From positions 16,802 to 80,801 of the forward strand of contig JAPPLD010000027.1 in the NCBI GenBank assembly GCA_028819565.1: DNA of 64,000 bases, in the 5' to 3' direction. Both the position numbers and the translations under genes were made by a program. How positions within the stretch are numbered: the first letter of the stretch is position 1; every line of letters begins with the position of its first letter. This document shows positions 50,713 to 59,296 of the stretch, piece by piece. The notes below the pieces were generated by a model. That model did no database searches, was not told the DNA's origin, and saw nothing but the letters and a program-made list of their open reading frames with translations. The DNA is from Gammaproteobacteria bacterium. GTDB taxonomy: Bacteria; Pseudomonadota; Gammaproteobacteria; Poriferisulfidales; Poriferisulfidaceae.

Positions 50713-53313
50713 TTAGAACTCCAGCATAGCTCGCGCGTAGAGAAAGCGCCCATCGATTCCACCTGGGGCGAAGCGAGGGTACCTGCTTCCACGACCGGTC
50801 GCCCCCGGAGAGCGATCCGGGTGTTTGTCTAGAAAATTATCCGAGCCCAGTGTCAAACTGAAGCTGCCAATTTTTCGGGTGACGCTAATATCTGCCAACC
50901 CGTAGCCTTTGAAATCGGTCGAATCATACCAAGAATACCAGTCTCCAAAGTAGTTGTAGCGCAGCATGAGGCGCCAGTCGCCCATAGCATGGTTGGCGGT
51001 CAAACTGTAACGGGTATCCGGCACACTCTCTTCAATCCGTTTCTTGAGGCTGGCACTGAGATTGCTGGATTTGGTGACTTTGGTATCGGTGCGATTGTAG
51101 GAAACCAGAAAATCCGTATCGCCCATATTGCTCTCTACAGAGTATGTCATGACGATGTCGAAACCATCGGTCTTGGTGTCGAAGTCGTTCTCGAAAAACT
51201 GGAGTGATGAGAAACTCTTCTTCAATTCATCTACGTCATCTTGGGACACATTGTTCTGGTCATATCGGTCGTAAGTCTTCTGGCAAGCCTTCGCTTTATC
51301 GTTATCAGCTTTTTCCATACTAGCCACCAAGGCTTGTCTGGCCATTGCGCCCACCGGACACGTCAAATCGATCGTATCGGACAAGAAAATTCGATCCTCC
51401 ACGTCAGTTCTGAAATAGTCCACAGTAATGTTCAAGGCATCCAAGTCGAAGACAAACCCCAAGCTAAAACTGTCGGATTCTTCCGAGTCGAGAGTGCGAC
51501 CTCCGAATTTTCTGGCCGTCGCACTATCCGGGGACACGACCCCGGTCTGAACAGAAACCGGAGGGACTTGTTGCGGATCGAAAATCGTGCTGATCTTCGA
51601 TGCATTCTGCTGACCTGGCGACGGCGCCCGGAATCCTGTGCCTAGCGAAGCGCGAAAAGCAAGAGGATCCGCCACCTGAACCCGGGTAGAAAGTTTGGCG
51701 TTTGTCGTGGTTCCGAAGTCGTCGAAATCCTCCCAGCGAATCGCCCCACCAACCGTCCAGTCCGGCAGGACGTCGGCTTCAAAGTCAATGTAGGTCGCGA
51801 TGTTTTCACGATCCCATTTGCCAGATGCCATCGGGCTAAAACCAGCGTAGCCATTCGAACCATTCGCAGCTTCATCTTTGTATTCGCCGACTCGCCAAGA
51901 TTCGACATCACCCGTGGTTACCTCAAATTCCTCCTCACGCCATTCCAAACCACCTGCGATGCTGAGGTCCGAGGCGAGCCCAACATCAGCCATGTATGAG
52001 AGATCAATGTTGAGGTTGGTTTCCGTCTGAGTATATTCGCCCACATCAAACGAGGTGGGGCTGTCAGGCCCCCAAGTGGCATTCACCGTGTTGCGGATGA
52101 AATAATCGGCCTCATTCTCGCCAACACTGGCACTAATGTCATAGGACAAGCCACTGCCAATCGAATGCGCAACGCCCTTCATACCTACAACCACCGAGTA
52201 GTCTGTAACATCGGCCCCAAACCTAGGTTGAAATCCACCCGGGAACCATTCATGAAAAGAAAAGCAACTGTCATCGGCCTTCAACTGTTCATAGATCGTT
52301 GGTAGCCCAGAATCTTGAATCGACAAGTCGGTATAGGCGCTGCAACCCATTCCAAAAAGCAAAACTTCGCTAGTGTTCGAATTCTTTACGAACACCCCTC
52401 TCCTATTTTTCGGGCTGCGATAGAAAAATCCGGTGTCAACCTCCCGGCTCGCGTAGTTGCCGAAAGCGTAGACCCTCCGGTCCGCATCCAAGTCTATTCC
52501 CAAGTTGACAAAGGTCTTGATGTTGTCGTCAATGTCCGGGCTACCCCAGACATGCGCAGGGTCGGCAATGTGAGTGTTACCTGCCGCCTCCATGGCTCTC
52601 ACATCATTCCGCAGGTCGCTGCGGTCGGTCGGAGAGTCCGAACTGTATTCAAAACTGAAATTGGCGAAGCCGTGCTCGGTCAAGGGCAGACCCACGTTTC
52701 CGGATACTCGGATTTTGTCTTCGTCGCCATCCTCTCCGTATGCGCCATAGCGAGCCTCCAAGGTAGCCCCCTCCGAATCGTCCTTGAGAACAAAATTGAC
52801 CACCCCGGCAATGGCGTCCGAACCGTACTGGGCCGCCGCCCCGTCGCGCAACACTTCCACTTGCTTCAGGGCAATGCCGGGAATCACGGAAACATCCGGG
52901 CCTTGGGCGCCATCCGAACGACCGTCCGAGATCCACGTGATGGTTGCGCCGCGATGACGGCGCTTGCCGTTGACCAACACCAGCGTGTGATCCGGAGCCA
53001 AACCTCTCATATTGATCGGGTTTTGCAAAGCCGCCTCGTCACGTCCCGGCTGTATGCTCACATGATACGAAGGCACAACCGTACGCAGCATGTAATTCAT
53101 GTCGCCGGAACCCTGATCCATAAGGCTCTCGCTGTCGATCACATCAATGGGAACCGAGGAGTCCATGACCGAGCGAGGCTGGGCACGGGTTCCAATGACA
53201 ACCAGTTCCTCGACCTCTTCCTCTTCGGCCAGAACGACTGACGGCCAAGTTCCGGCAAGTAACAAGGACAAGCCGAAAATCGTGGGCAGTGAAATGCTTT
53301 TACCTAATCTCAT
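50713..53313 (-). CDS. TonB-dependent outer-membrane receptor
   Basis: Signal peptide, plug/TonB-box region, 22-strand barrel with terminal aromatic (...ARAMLEF), AGGGAGG RBS. GC content is visibly lower than the flanking genes. Confidence 0.9.
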   Translation of the reverse strand: MRLGKSISLPTIFGLSLLLAGTWPSVVLAEEEEVEELVVIGTRAQPRSVMDSSVPIDVIDSESLMDQGSGDMNYMLRTVVPSYHVSIQPGRDEAALQNPINMRGLAPDHTLVLVNGKRRHRGATITWISDGRSDGAQGPDVSVIPGIALKQVEVLRDGAAAQYGSDAIAGVVNFVLKDDSEGATLEARYGAYGEDGDEDKIRVSGNVGLPLTEHGFANFSFEYSSDSPTDRSDLRNDVRAMEAAGNTHIADPAHVWGSPDIDDNIKTFVNLGIDLDADRRVYAFGNYASREVDTGFFYRSPKNRRGVFVKNSNTSEVLLFGMGCSAYTDLSIQDSGLPTIYEQLKADDSCFSFHEWFPGGFQPRFGADVTDYSVVVGMKGVAHSIGSGLSYDISASVGENEADYFIRNTVNATWGPDSPTSFDVGEYTQTETNLNIDLSYMADVGLASDLSIAGGLEWREEEFEVTTGDVESWRVGEYKDEAANGSNGYAGFSPMASGKWDRENIATYIDFEADVLPDWTVGGAIRWEDFDDFGTTTNAKLSTRVQVADPLAFRASLGTGFRAPSPGQQNASKISTIFDPQQVPPVSVQTGVVSPDSATARKFGGRTLDSEESDSFSLGFVFDLDALNITVDYFRTDVEDRIFLSDTIDLTCPVGAMARQALVASMEKADNDKAKACQKTYDRYDQNNVSQDDVDELKKSFSSLQFFENDFDTKTDGFDIVMTYSVESNMGDTDFLVSYNRTDTKVTKSSNLSASLKKRIEESVPDTRYSLTANHAMGDWRLMLRYNYFGDWYSWYDSTDFKGYGLADISVTRKIGSFSLTLGSDNFLDKHPDRSPGATGRGSRYPRFAPGGIDGRFLYARAMLEF

Positions 53314-53520
53314 GCTGGGCCTCCCTGATCAGGTTTGACTTTGTATTGTATGACAAGGAGGAAGAGGGACAACAGCCGAGTGGTCAAAACGGCAACACTC
53401 TCTCCGCCAAAAACCGTGACACCAGCGCAGGTCTTCCTTCATCACAGAAAACCGATAGCGGCCCTGCATTACAATTGCCGATTGTGCCTTCGGGCAGTGC
53501 CATGCGAGGTTGATCTATAA

Positions 53521-54192
53521 ATGCCGGTCATATTGTTCGCGGTGCTGGTGGTCGTAGTTTTCACGCTGCTCGGCACCGGTGTTCACTACTACGAGTACGG
53601 AAGCCTGAGCTGGGTCTTTCTCCTGATGGCCTTGTTCCTGTCAACCAACCTGCTGATTGCCGGGTGGGAGATGTGCCTGTTTCTCCGCCGGGATCACATC
53701 AAAAGCCGTAGTGAGTATTGGCGCGACCGGCAAAAGGAGACCGGCCGGGCACCCGGCATTGAATTTCTGACTTCCCGGGTCTCCTGGCGGAACATGCTGT
53801 CCCCGACGTTCTGGGCGGATGTCTGGGCCGCCTATTCCTTATACGATGACGCCTATACAGACCGGGGTACGTTTGGCTTCAACGCCGACACCGGCAATGG
53901 CTTCTTCACGCCGATTCCAACCTTAATCCTGTACGCGGCATTGACGACCGGGTTTATGCCCGCCGTCTACACGGGCATTCTCGGCCTTGCCCTGTTCTGG
54001 CAATGGACATACGTCTCCTCGCTCTACTGGGTCAGCTTCCTTATTGCCGGTCGACAGCACCGCATTAGCAAGCGGGAAGTGTACGCGTATGTCTTCTCGC
54101 CCAACGCCTTCTGGATCGCACTCCCGATTTTGGGACTGTACATGTCCGCCCGCTTGATCATTGACGGCAACTACAGTGTCCTAGGCTTCTGA
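53521..54192 (+). CDS. polytopic membrane protein, possibly EXPERA/EBP-like (sterol-isomerase fold), weak
   Basis: 4-5 TM helices. Motif-level resemblance (W..Y..YDD.Y.DR; Y.Y.F..NAFWI.LP) to emopamil-binding-protein-like proteins. Confidence 0.4.
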   Translation: MPVILFAVLVVVVFTLLGTGVHYYEYGSLSWVFLLMALFLSTNLLIAGWEMCLFLRRDHIKSRSEYWRDRQKETGRAPGIEFLTSRVSWRNMLSPTFWADVWAAYSLYDDAYTDRGTFGFNADTGNGFFTPIPTLILYAALTTGFMPAVYTGILGLALFWQWTYVSSLYWVSFLIAGRQHRISKREVYAYVFSPNAFWIALPILGLYMSARLIIDGNYSVLGF

Positions 54193-54207
54193 CAACAGGA
54201 GAACATC

Positions 54208-55392
54208 ATGCGAAAGCTCGCCATCGGCCTGCTTAGCCTGTTTCGGAAGGCTTCTCTTTTCGTCTGGAGACTGCGCGGCAAGACGGAGGACGATGTGGCC
54301 GCGCAACGGGTTGCCAGCGGCCAATCCTGGAGCGAGTTCTGCGACTCCCTGAAGGCGGCAGGAGCCGCACTGCAGTTCCCGGGGACGCCTCGGGACTCGT
54401 TCAATCAAGCGGAAGGCTACCGGTACCTGAGCCGGGTCGCGCGGGCCGGCCTGATGGCTTTCATCGAACACGCTGACGCGAAAGCCCCCGTGCTGCATCG
54501 GGTCGTCAACGAAACCACCAAGATCGGTGCAGACAATCCCGACAATTTCTACCAGACAGCCGCGCTGGACGGTCGTTACGAATACAAGATTACTGGACGG
54601 CGCAACAGCATCGCCTACCTGAGCTTCGGCACCCAGTCCGGTCACTATGGTGAAGGCGGCGGCCTGCCTCCCACCGGGCACATCGAGTCCGACCAGATCG
54701 AAATGGACGAAGACGGGCGCTTCGAACTGATCCTCAGCAGCAAGCCGCAGGACGGAAACTGGCTCCCGATGGCCCCCGAGACCGGCACCCTGGTGGTACG
54801 CCAGACTTTCCTCGACCGGGATGCGGAGATTCCAGCGGAATTAAGTATCGAGCGAATTAACTGCCCCAAGCACGAGCTCCGCCCTTCTCCCCTCACTCCC
54901 CTGAAACTGGACAAAGGATTGAAAAAAGTCGGGGCGTTGACTGCCGGTGCACCTCTATTGTTCTCCAAGTGGGCACGCGATTTCCAGAAACACAGTAATG
55001 AACTGCCGCAATTCGACCCGGAGGTGTCACTGGCCGCTGGGGGCGATCCCAACATCACCTACTACCACAGCCATTGGGCCATTGGGCAGGATGAGGCCCT
55101 CGTGATAGAAGTCACGCCACCGGAATGCGAATACTGGAACTTTCAATTGAACAATTACTGGATGGAGTCCCTGGACTATCGGCATCACCGAATTCACATT
55201 AATAAACACCTCGCCCATTACGAAGACGACCATTCCGTGCGACTGATCGTGGCGCACAAGGACCCCGGACACCCCAACTGGATCGAAACCGCCGGACACA
55301 CCTCCGGCACCATGTGCTTCCGGTGGGTACGAGCCAAGGAATCTCCGCAGCCAAAAACCCGGCTGGTCAAGTTGAGCAGCCTGCGGGGTTGA
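54208..55392 (+). CDS. DUF1214-like domain protein
   Basis: C-terminal region with the ...ECEYWNFQLNNYW... pattern reminiscent of DUF1214. No clear signal peptide. Confidence 0.4.
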   Translation: MRKLAIGLLSLFRKASLFVWRLRGKTEDDVAAQRVASGQSWSEFCDSLKAAGAALQFPGTPRDSFNQAEGYRYLSRVARAGLMAFIEHADAKAPVLHRVVNETTKIGADNPDNFYQTAALDGRYEYKITGRRNSIAYLSFGTQSGHYGEGGGLPPTGHIESDQIEMDEDGRFELILSSKPQDGNWLPMAPETGTLVVRQTFLDRDAEIPAELSIERINCPKHELRPSPLTPLKLDKGLKKVGALTAGAPLLFSKWARDFQKHSNELPQFDPEVSLAAGGDPNITYYHSHWAIGQDEALVIEVTPPECEYWNFQLNNYWMESLDYRHHRIHINKHLAHYEDDHSVRLIVAHKDPGHPNWIETAGHTSGTMCFRWVRAKESPQPKTRLVKLSSLRG

Positions 55393-55411
55393 CCGCGTAC
55401 GAGGCACGGCC

Positions 55412-56662
55412 ATGGCCAAAACGGACTTCACGACGTCCACGGACTACGAGCACCCCTATCGCCCCCTTCCGATCCGGGTTTTCAACTCTATCGGAAAGTC
55501 GGCCAGACTGTCTGGCCCTCTGGATGTCGAGAGACTCCTTGATGCCGCAAGACGGAAGACCGGGTTGTCGGATTTTGGCGGCGATGGACACCTCCAGGCC
55601 CTGGAGGTTCTCGTGAAATCGGCCAATGAAGAAGCCGACCTGACCCCGACAGGCCGGCTAATACAGAAATTCCGGCTCACCGGCGTGCTGGTTCAGCGTC
55701 TTCGGATCGAAGCGTTGCTCAAGAAGCATACGGAGATTGAGGACATCGGCCTCGGCACCATCGTCATGGTCGCCGGACTACCGCGCAGCGGAACCACGTT
55801 GCTGCATCGTCTGCTGCACTCCAATCCTGATATCCGGGGCGTATCCGGCGTGGAAGCACTGGAGCCGGTGCCGGCAGGCGGCGCGAGAAGGCATGAAGCG
55901 ACCGCCCGCAAACTGCGCGCGGTTCTCGCGAAACATGCGATTTCCTATTTGTCGCCACAGTTCGCAGCCATTCATCCGATCGACCCCAGCGAGCCGGAAG
56001 AAGACGTCATGCTGCTCGACCTGAATTTCATGAGCCAAGCCCCGGAAGCCATCATGCACGTCCCGTCTTATTCCGGCTGGCTGGAAGATCAGGATCATAC
56101 GCAGACCTACAAATATTTCCGCAAGATCGTGAAGATCCTGTGCTGGCAGTGCCCCAGCAAAAACTGGGTACTGAAGACGCCGCACCACATGGAGTATCTC
56201 GACGTGTTCCTGAAGGTCTTCCCGAATGCGACGGTCGTGCAGACCCATCGGGACCCGCGGAAGACATTGCCTTCCTTCTGCAGCATGGTGGCCCACAACC
56301 GCGCCATTTTCAGCGACTGCGTGGATCCGAGGGAAATCGCCCGGCACTGGATCCGGAAAACGCGCCGGATGGTCGAACTGACCATGGAAGTCCGGGCCGG
56401 AGCGGATACCGACCGGTTTGTCGACGTGTCGTATTACGATTTAATAAAAGACCCTCTTGGCCAGCTTCGGCAAGTCCATCGAAAGGCGGGGATCGACTTT
56501 GATGACGAAGCGACGCAGATTGCTGAAAAATATGTGAATAGAAACCCGAAAAACCGCTTCGGCAAACATGTCTACCAGCTAAGCGACTTCGGGTTGGACG
56601 AGAAAACGATCGAGGAGAATTTCTCCTCGTACCGGGCAAAACACGAGATTCCATTCGAGTAG
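55412..56662 (+). CDS. sulfotransferase family protein (PAPS-dependent)
   Basis: 5'-PSB loop LPRSGTTLL and a 3'-PB-like region downstream. Confidence 0.7.
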   Translation: MAKTDFTTSTDYEHPYRPLPIRVFNSIGKSARLSGPLDVERLLDAARRKTGLSDFGGDGHLQALEVLVKSANEEADLTPTGRLIQKFRLTGVLVQRLRIEALLKKHTEIEDIGLGTIVMVAGLPRSGTTLLHRLLHSNPDIRGVSGVEALEPVPAGGARRHEATARKLRAVLAKHAISYLSPQFAAIHPIDPSEPEEDVMLLDLNFMSQAPEAIMHVPSYSGWLEDQDHTQTYKYFRKIVKILCWQCPSKNWVLKTPHHMEYLDVFLKVFPNATVVQTHRDPRKTLPSFCSMVAHNRAIFSDCVDPREIARHWIRKTRRMVELTMEVRAGADTDRFVDVSYYDLIKDPLGQLRQVHRKAGIDFDDEATQIAEKYVNRNPKNRFGKHVYQLSDFGLDEKTIEENFSSYRAKHEIPFE

Positions 56663-56676
56663 ACCCAGGGGCTCGC

Positions 56677-57684
56677 ATGCGACAGGAAACTCGGCAGATC
56701 GGCGACGGCACTTTCGCCAGCGCCGTCATCAGTGCCATTCGGGATCTCGGGAAACCAAAAGCATCGGGAATCAACCCGGTGCCGGACGGTATCCGGATCG
56801 ATGGCAAAACCTGCCTGGTGACCGGGGCCAACAGCGGCCTGGGCAGGGCCGCCGCAATCGAACTCGCAAGGCGGGGCGGGAACATGATCCTGGCCTGCCG
56901 GCCCGGGCACGTTGACACCTGCGATGAAATCAAGCGGCTATCCGGCTCCGAAACCGTGGAAATGATGGGAGTAGATTTCGCCGATCTCGAATCCGTGCAC
57001 CGTTTCTGCGACCGCCTGAGCCAGCGTGAGGTTCGCATCGACATCGCGCTGATGAACGCCGGATTGATGCCGCGCAGGGCGATAAAGACCCCGCAAGGGT
57101 ATGAAGTGATGTTCGCGGTCCATTTCCTGTCCAATCGGGTGATGGTCGACCGATGGCTGCAAGACGGGGTGCTCCGCCCTGCCAGCCAAACCGGCAAGAT
57201 CCCGCGCATCATCTTTGTTTCCTCCGAGTCGCACCGGTCTTCCCATGCCATCGATTTCGAGCGCTTCGGTGCATTCGCCGATTACGGTATGAAAGAGGGC
57301 TTGAAACACTATGGTCTGAGCAAACTGATCCTGTGCACGTTCGCCACCGAGCTTTCCCGGCGCCTCAACCTCGGCAACAACGTGGAGGTCGCAGTGCACG
57401 CGATATGCCCCGGAGGGGTTGCCACCAATATCACCAGAGATGCACCCCTGCTGCTGAAACCGATTATCAACCCGGCGTTGAGGCTGCTCTTCCAGACTCC
57501 GGAAAAAGCCATCGGGCCTGCCATTTACCTGTGCTGCGCGGAAGCGGCGGACAAGGCCTCGGGAATGTACCTGCACTTGATGCAAAGGAAATCCTTCTCG
57601 CCGGCCGCCTCGGATCCGAAAAACGGACTCCGGCTGTGGGAAGCCAGCCAGGTTTTAGTGGCAAAATCGCGAGAATCCGTCTGA
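56677..57684 (+). CDS. SDR family oxidoreductase, retinol-dehydrogenase-like
   Basis: GKTCLVTGANSGLGRAAAIELARRGG NAD(P) motif, NAG, and a Y-x3-K active site. Confidence 0.8.
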   Translation: MRQETRQIGDGTFASAVISAIRDLGKPKASGINPVPDGIRIDGKTCLVTGANSGLGRAAAIELARRGGNMILACRPGHVDTCDEIKRLSGSETVEMMGVDFADLESVHRFCDRLSQREVRIDIALMNAGLMPRRAIKTPQGYEVMFAVHFLSNRVMVDRWLQDGVLRPASQTGKIPRIIFVSSESHRSSHAIDFERFGAFADYGMKEGLKHYGLSKLILCTFATELSRRLNLGNNVEVAVHAICPGGVATNITRDAPLLLKPIINPALRLLFQTPEKAIGPAIYLCCAEAADKASGMYLHLMQRKSFSPAASDPKNGLRLWEASQVLVAKSRESV

Positions 57685-57699
57685 CTCTTCCGTCGAAAC

Positions 57700-58710
57700 A
57701 TGCCAAACGCACTCTCTAAAACCGCCAGGCACGTGTGGGGCCTTCTCACCCCGAAACCGATGGCAGAAAAGGTCGACATGTCCGGTCGGAACGTCATCGT
57801 GACTGGCGCAAGTCCCCATTCCCTCGGCTATGAAACCGCCAGAATCCTTGCAAGTTGGGGTGCATCGGTCGTCGCCACCAGTCGGCGGCATGTCACAGCG
57901 GCGGAAAAGTGCCTGAAGGACGACCTGCGCAAGAACGGCGTCGACGAGAACAATATCGCGGTCCGCCCGTTGGACCTGTGCGACAGTGACAGCGTCAGTG
58001 ATTTTGCAACGTGGTACCGGGAAAACTATGACGGAAAACTGCATGTACTGGTCAACAACGCGGGCATTTTGAAGGACGTCCTCAATCCATGGAAAAAGAT
58101 ACCCCTGACCGAGGACGGCTTCGAGATCCACTGGCGCACCAACTATCTCGGAGCCTTCCATCTGACGAGCCTGCTGTTGCCGCTCCTGAAGCAAAGCGGG
58201 CTGGAAAGCGGCGATGCGCGGGTCGTCAACGTATCTTCCCACCTGCACGACCAGGGCAGGAACGAGGATCTGTTCAACGACGAGAAAATCTATCATTCCT
58301 TGAGCGCGTACGGACGATCAAAGCTGGCGATGGTTCACTTTTCGCGCGAGATCGAAAGGCGGTTCGCAGAAGACTACAACCTGCACTCGATGGCCGTGCA
58401 TCCGGGCTCCGTCGACACCAACATGACGCGGGTGGAGATGCCGGAAGGAAAGATCGGAAACGCCTGGCGCTGGATCGGTTCCGCGATGGCACCCCTGATC
58501 ATGCTGCACCGAACGCATGGCGCGCAAACCACTGTGATGTGCGCCAGCCAGTCTCCCCTGCAAGGCGGACAGTATTATGTGCGTTGCGAGATCGCGGAAT
58601 CGACCGACGAAAGCAAGGACGAGATCGTATCGAAGCAGTTATGGGAACAATCGGAAGCATGGGTTGAAACGCTCAAGAAGCCCGACGGAGGCAAGCATGA
58701 GTCAATTTGA
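57700..58710 (+). CDS. SDR family oxidoreductase, RDH11-14/WWOX-like
   Basis: VTGASPHSLGY..., VNNAG, TEDGFEIHWRTNYLGAFHLTSLLLPLLK, YGRSKLA, HPGSVDTNM. Confidence 0.8.
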   Translation: MPNALSKTARHVWGLLTPKPMAEKVDMSGRNVIVTGASPHSLGYETARILASWGASVVATSRRHVTAAEKCLKDDLRKNGVDENNIAVRPLDLCDSDSVSDFATWYRENYDGKLHVLVNNAGILKDVLNPWKKIPLTEDGFEIHWRTNYLGAFHLTSLLLPLLKQSGLESGDARVVNVSSHLHDQGRNEDLFNDEKIYHSLSAYGRSKLAMVHFSREIERRFAEDYNLHSMAVHPGSVDTNMTRVEMPEGKIGNAWRWIGSAMAPLIMLHRTHGAQTTVMCASQSPLQGGQYYVRCEIAESTDESKDEIVSKQLWEQSEAWVETLKKPDGGKHESI

Positions 58711-59173
58711 AGTCCGCACCGACCCCATTCAGATCGACGCGCCCATCGACCTTGTCTGGGATGTCTTGACCGAAGTCGAGAAATACGGAGAGTGGAATCC
58801 GTTCACGCCACAGGCTCAAACGGATTTCAAGATCGGGTCTCCCGCGCACCTGCGGGTCCGGATGGGCCCGACCAAGATGAAGATCACCGAAACCGTGTGC
58901 GCGTTCGAAAAGCCCCAGCTGATTGCCTGGACCAAGACGTTCGGAGCCCGCTGGTTCCTGGTTGCGGTGCGGCGGCAAATCCTGGAGCCGGTGGGTGACA
59001 CCCGTTGCACCTATCACAACACGGATCAACTGACCGGCTTGATGGCTCCGGTCGTCTTGCTGCTGAACGGGGGCTACATGCGCCGTGGCTTCAACGACGT
59101 GGCGGAAGGATTGAAACATTATGCGGAAGCGATGTATGAACGAAAGGGAGCCGAAGAGGCTCCTCATCCCTGA
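58697..59173 (+). CDS. SRPBCC (START/Bet v1-like) ligand-binding protein
   Basis: MSQFEVRTDPIQIDAPIDLVWDVLTEVEKYGEWNP typical SRPBCC opening. Confidence 0.6.
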   Translation: MSQFEVRTDPIQIDAPIDLVWDVLTEVEKYGEWNPFTPQAQTDFKIGSPAHLRVRMGPTKMKITETVCAFEKPQLIAWTKTFGARWFLVAVRRQILEPVGDTRCTYHNTDQLTGLMAPVVLLLNGGYMRRGFNDVAEGLKHYAEAMYERKGAEEAPHP

Positions 59174-59202
59174 AACCGGTTGTAATGATTGCGGGGGCCG
59201 CA
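59075..59202. repeat. direct repeat copy A: 3' end of the SRPBCC gene, downstream spacer, and a 12-13 nt tRNA-fMet 3' fragment (TTGCGGGGGC)
   Basis: Approximately 80% identical to 61590-61715. Confidence 0.65.
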
Positions 59203-59296
59203 AACCCCAAAACCGATATTTGTTCGAAGCCCCGGTTCAGAACAGCTAGACCCTTTGACCCGGAGCCGTCATGCGGGATCCTCCCGGTCGGTTGCC

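Noticed and set aside
53314-53520. Cobalamin riboswitch or Fur box in the long 5' leader of the TonB-dependent receptor
   Set aside because: A GGCACTGCCCGAAGG stretch is superficially B12-box-like. The other conserved cobalamin-riboswitch elements and a recognisable 19-bp Fur box are not visible by eye. This needs a covariance-model scan.
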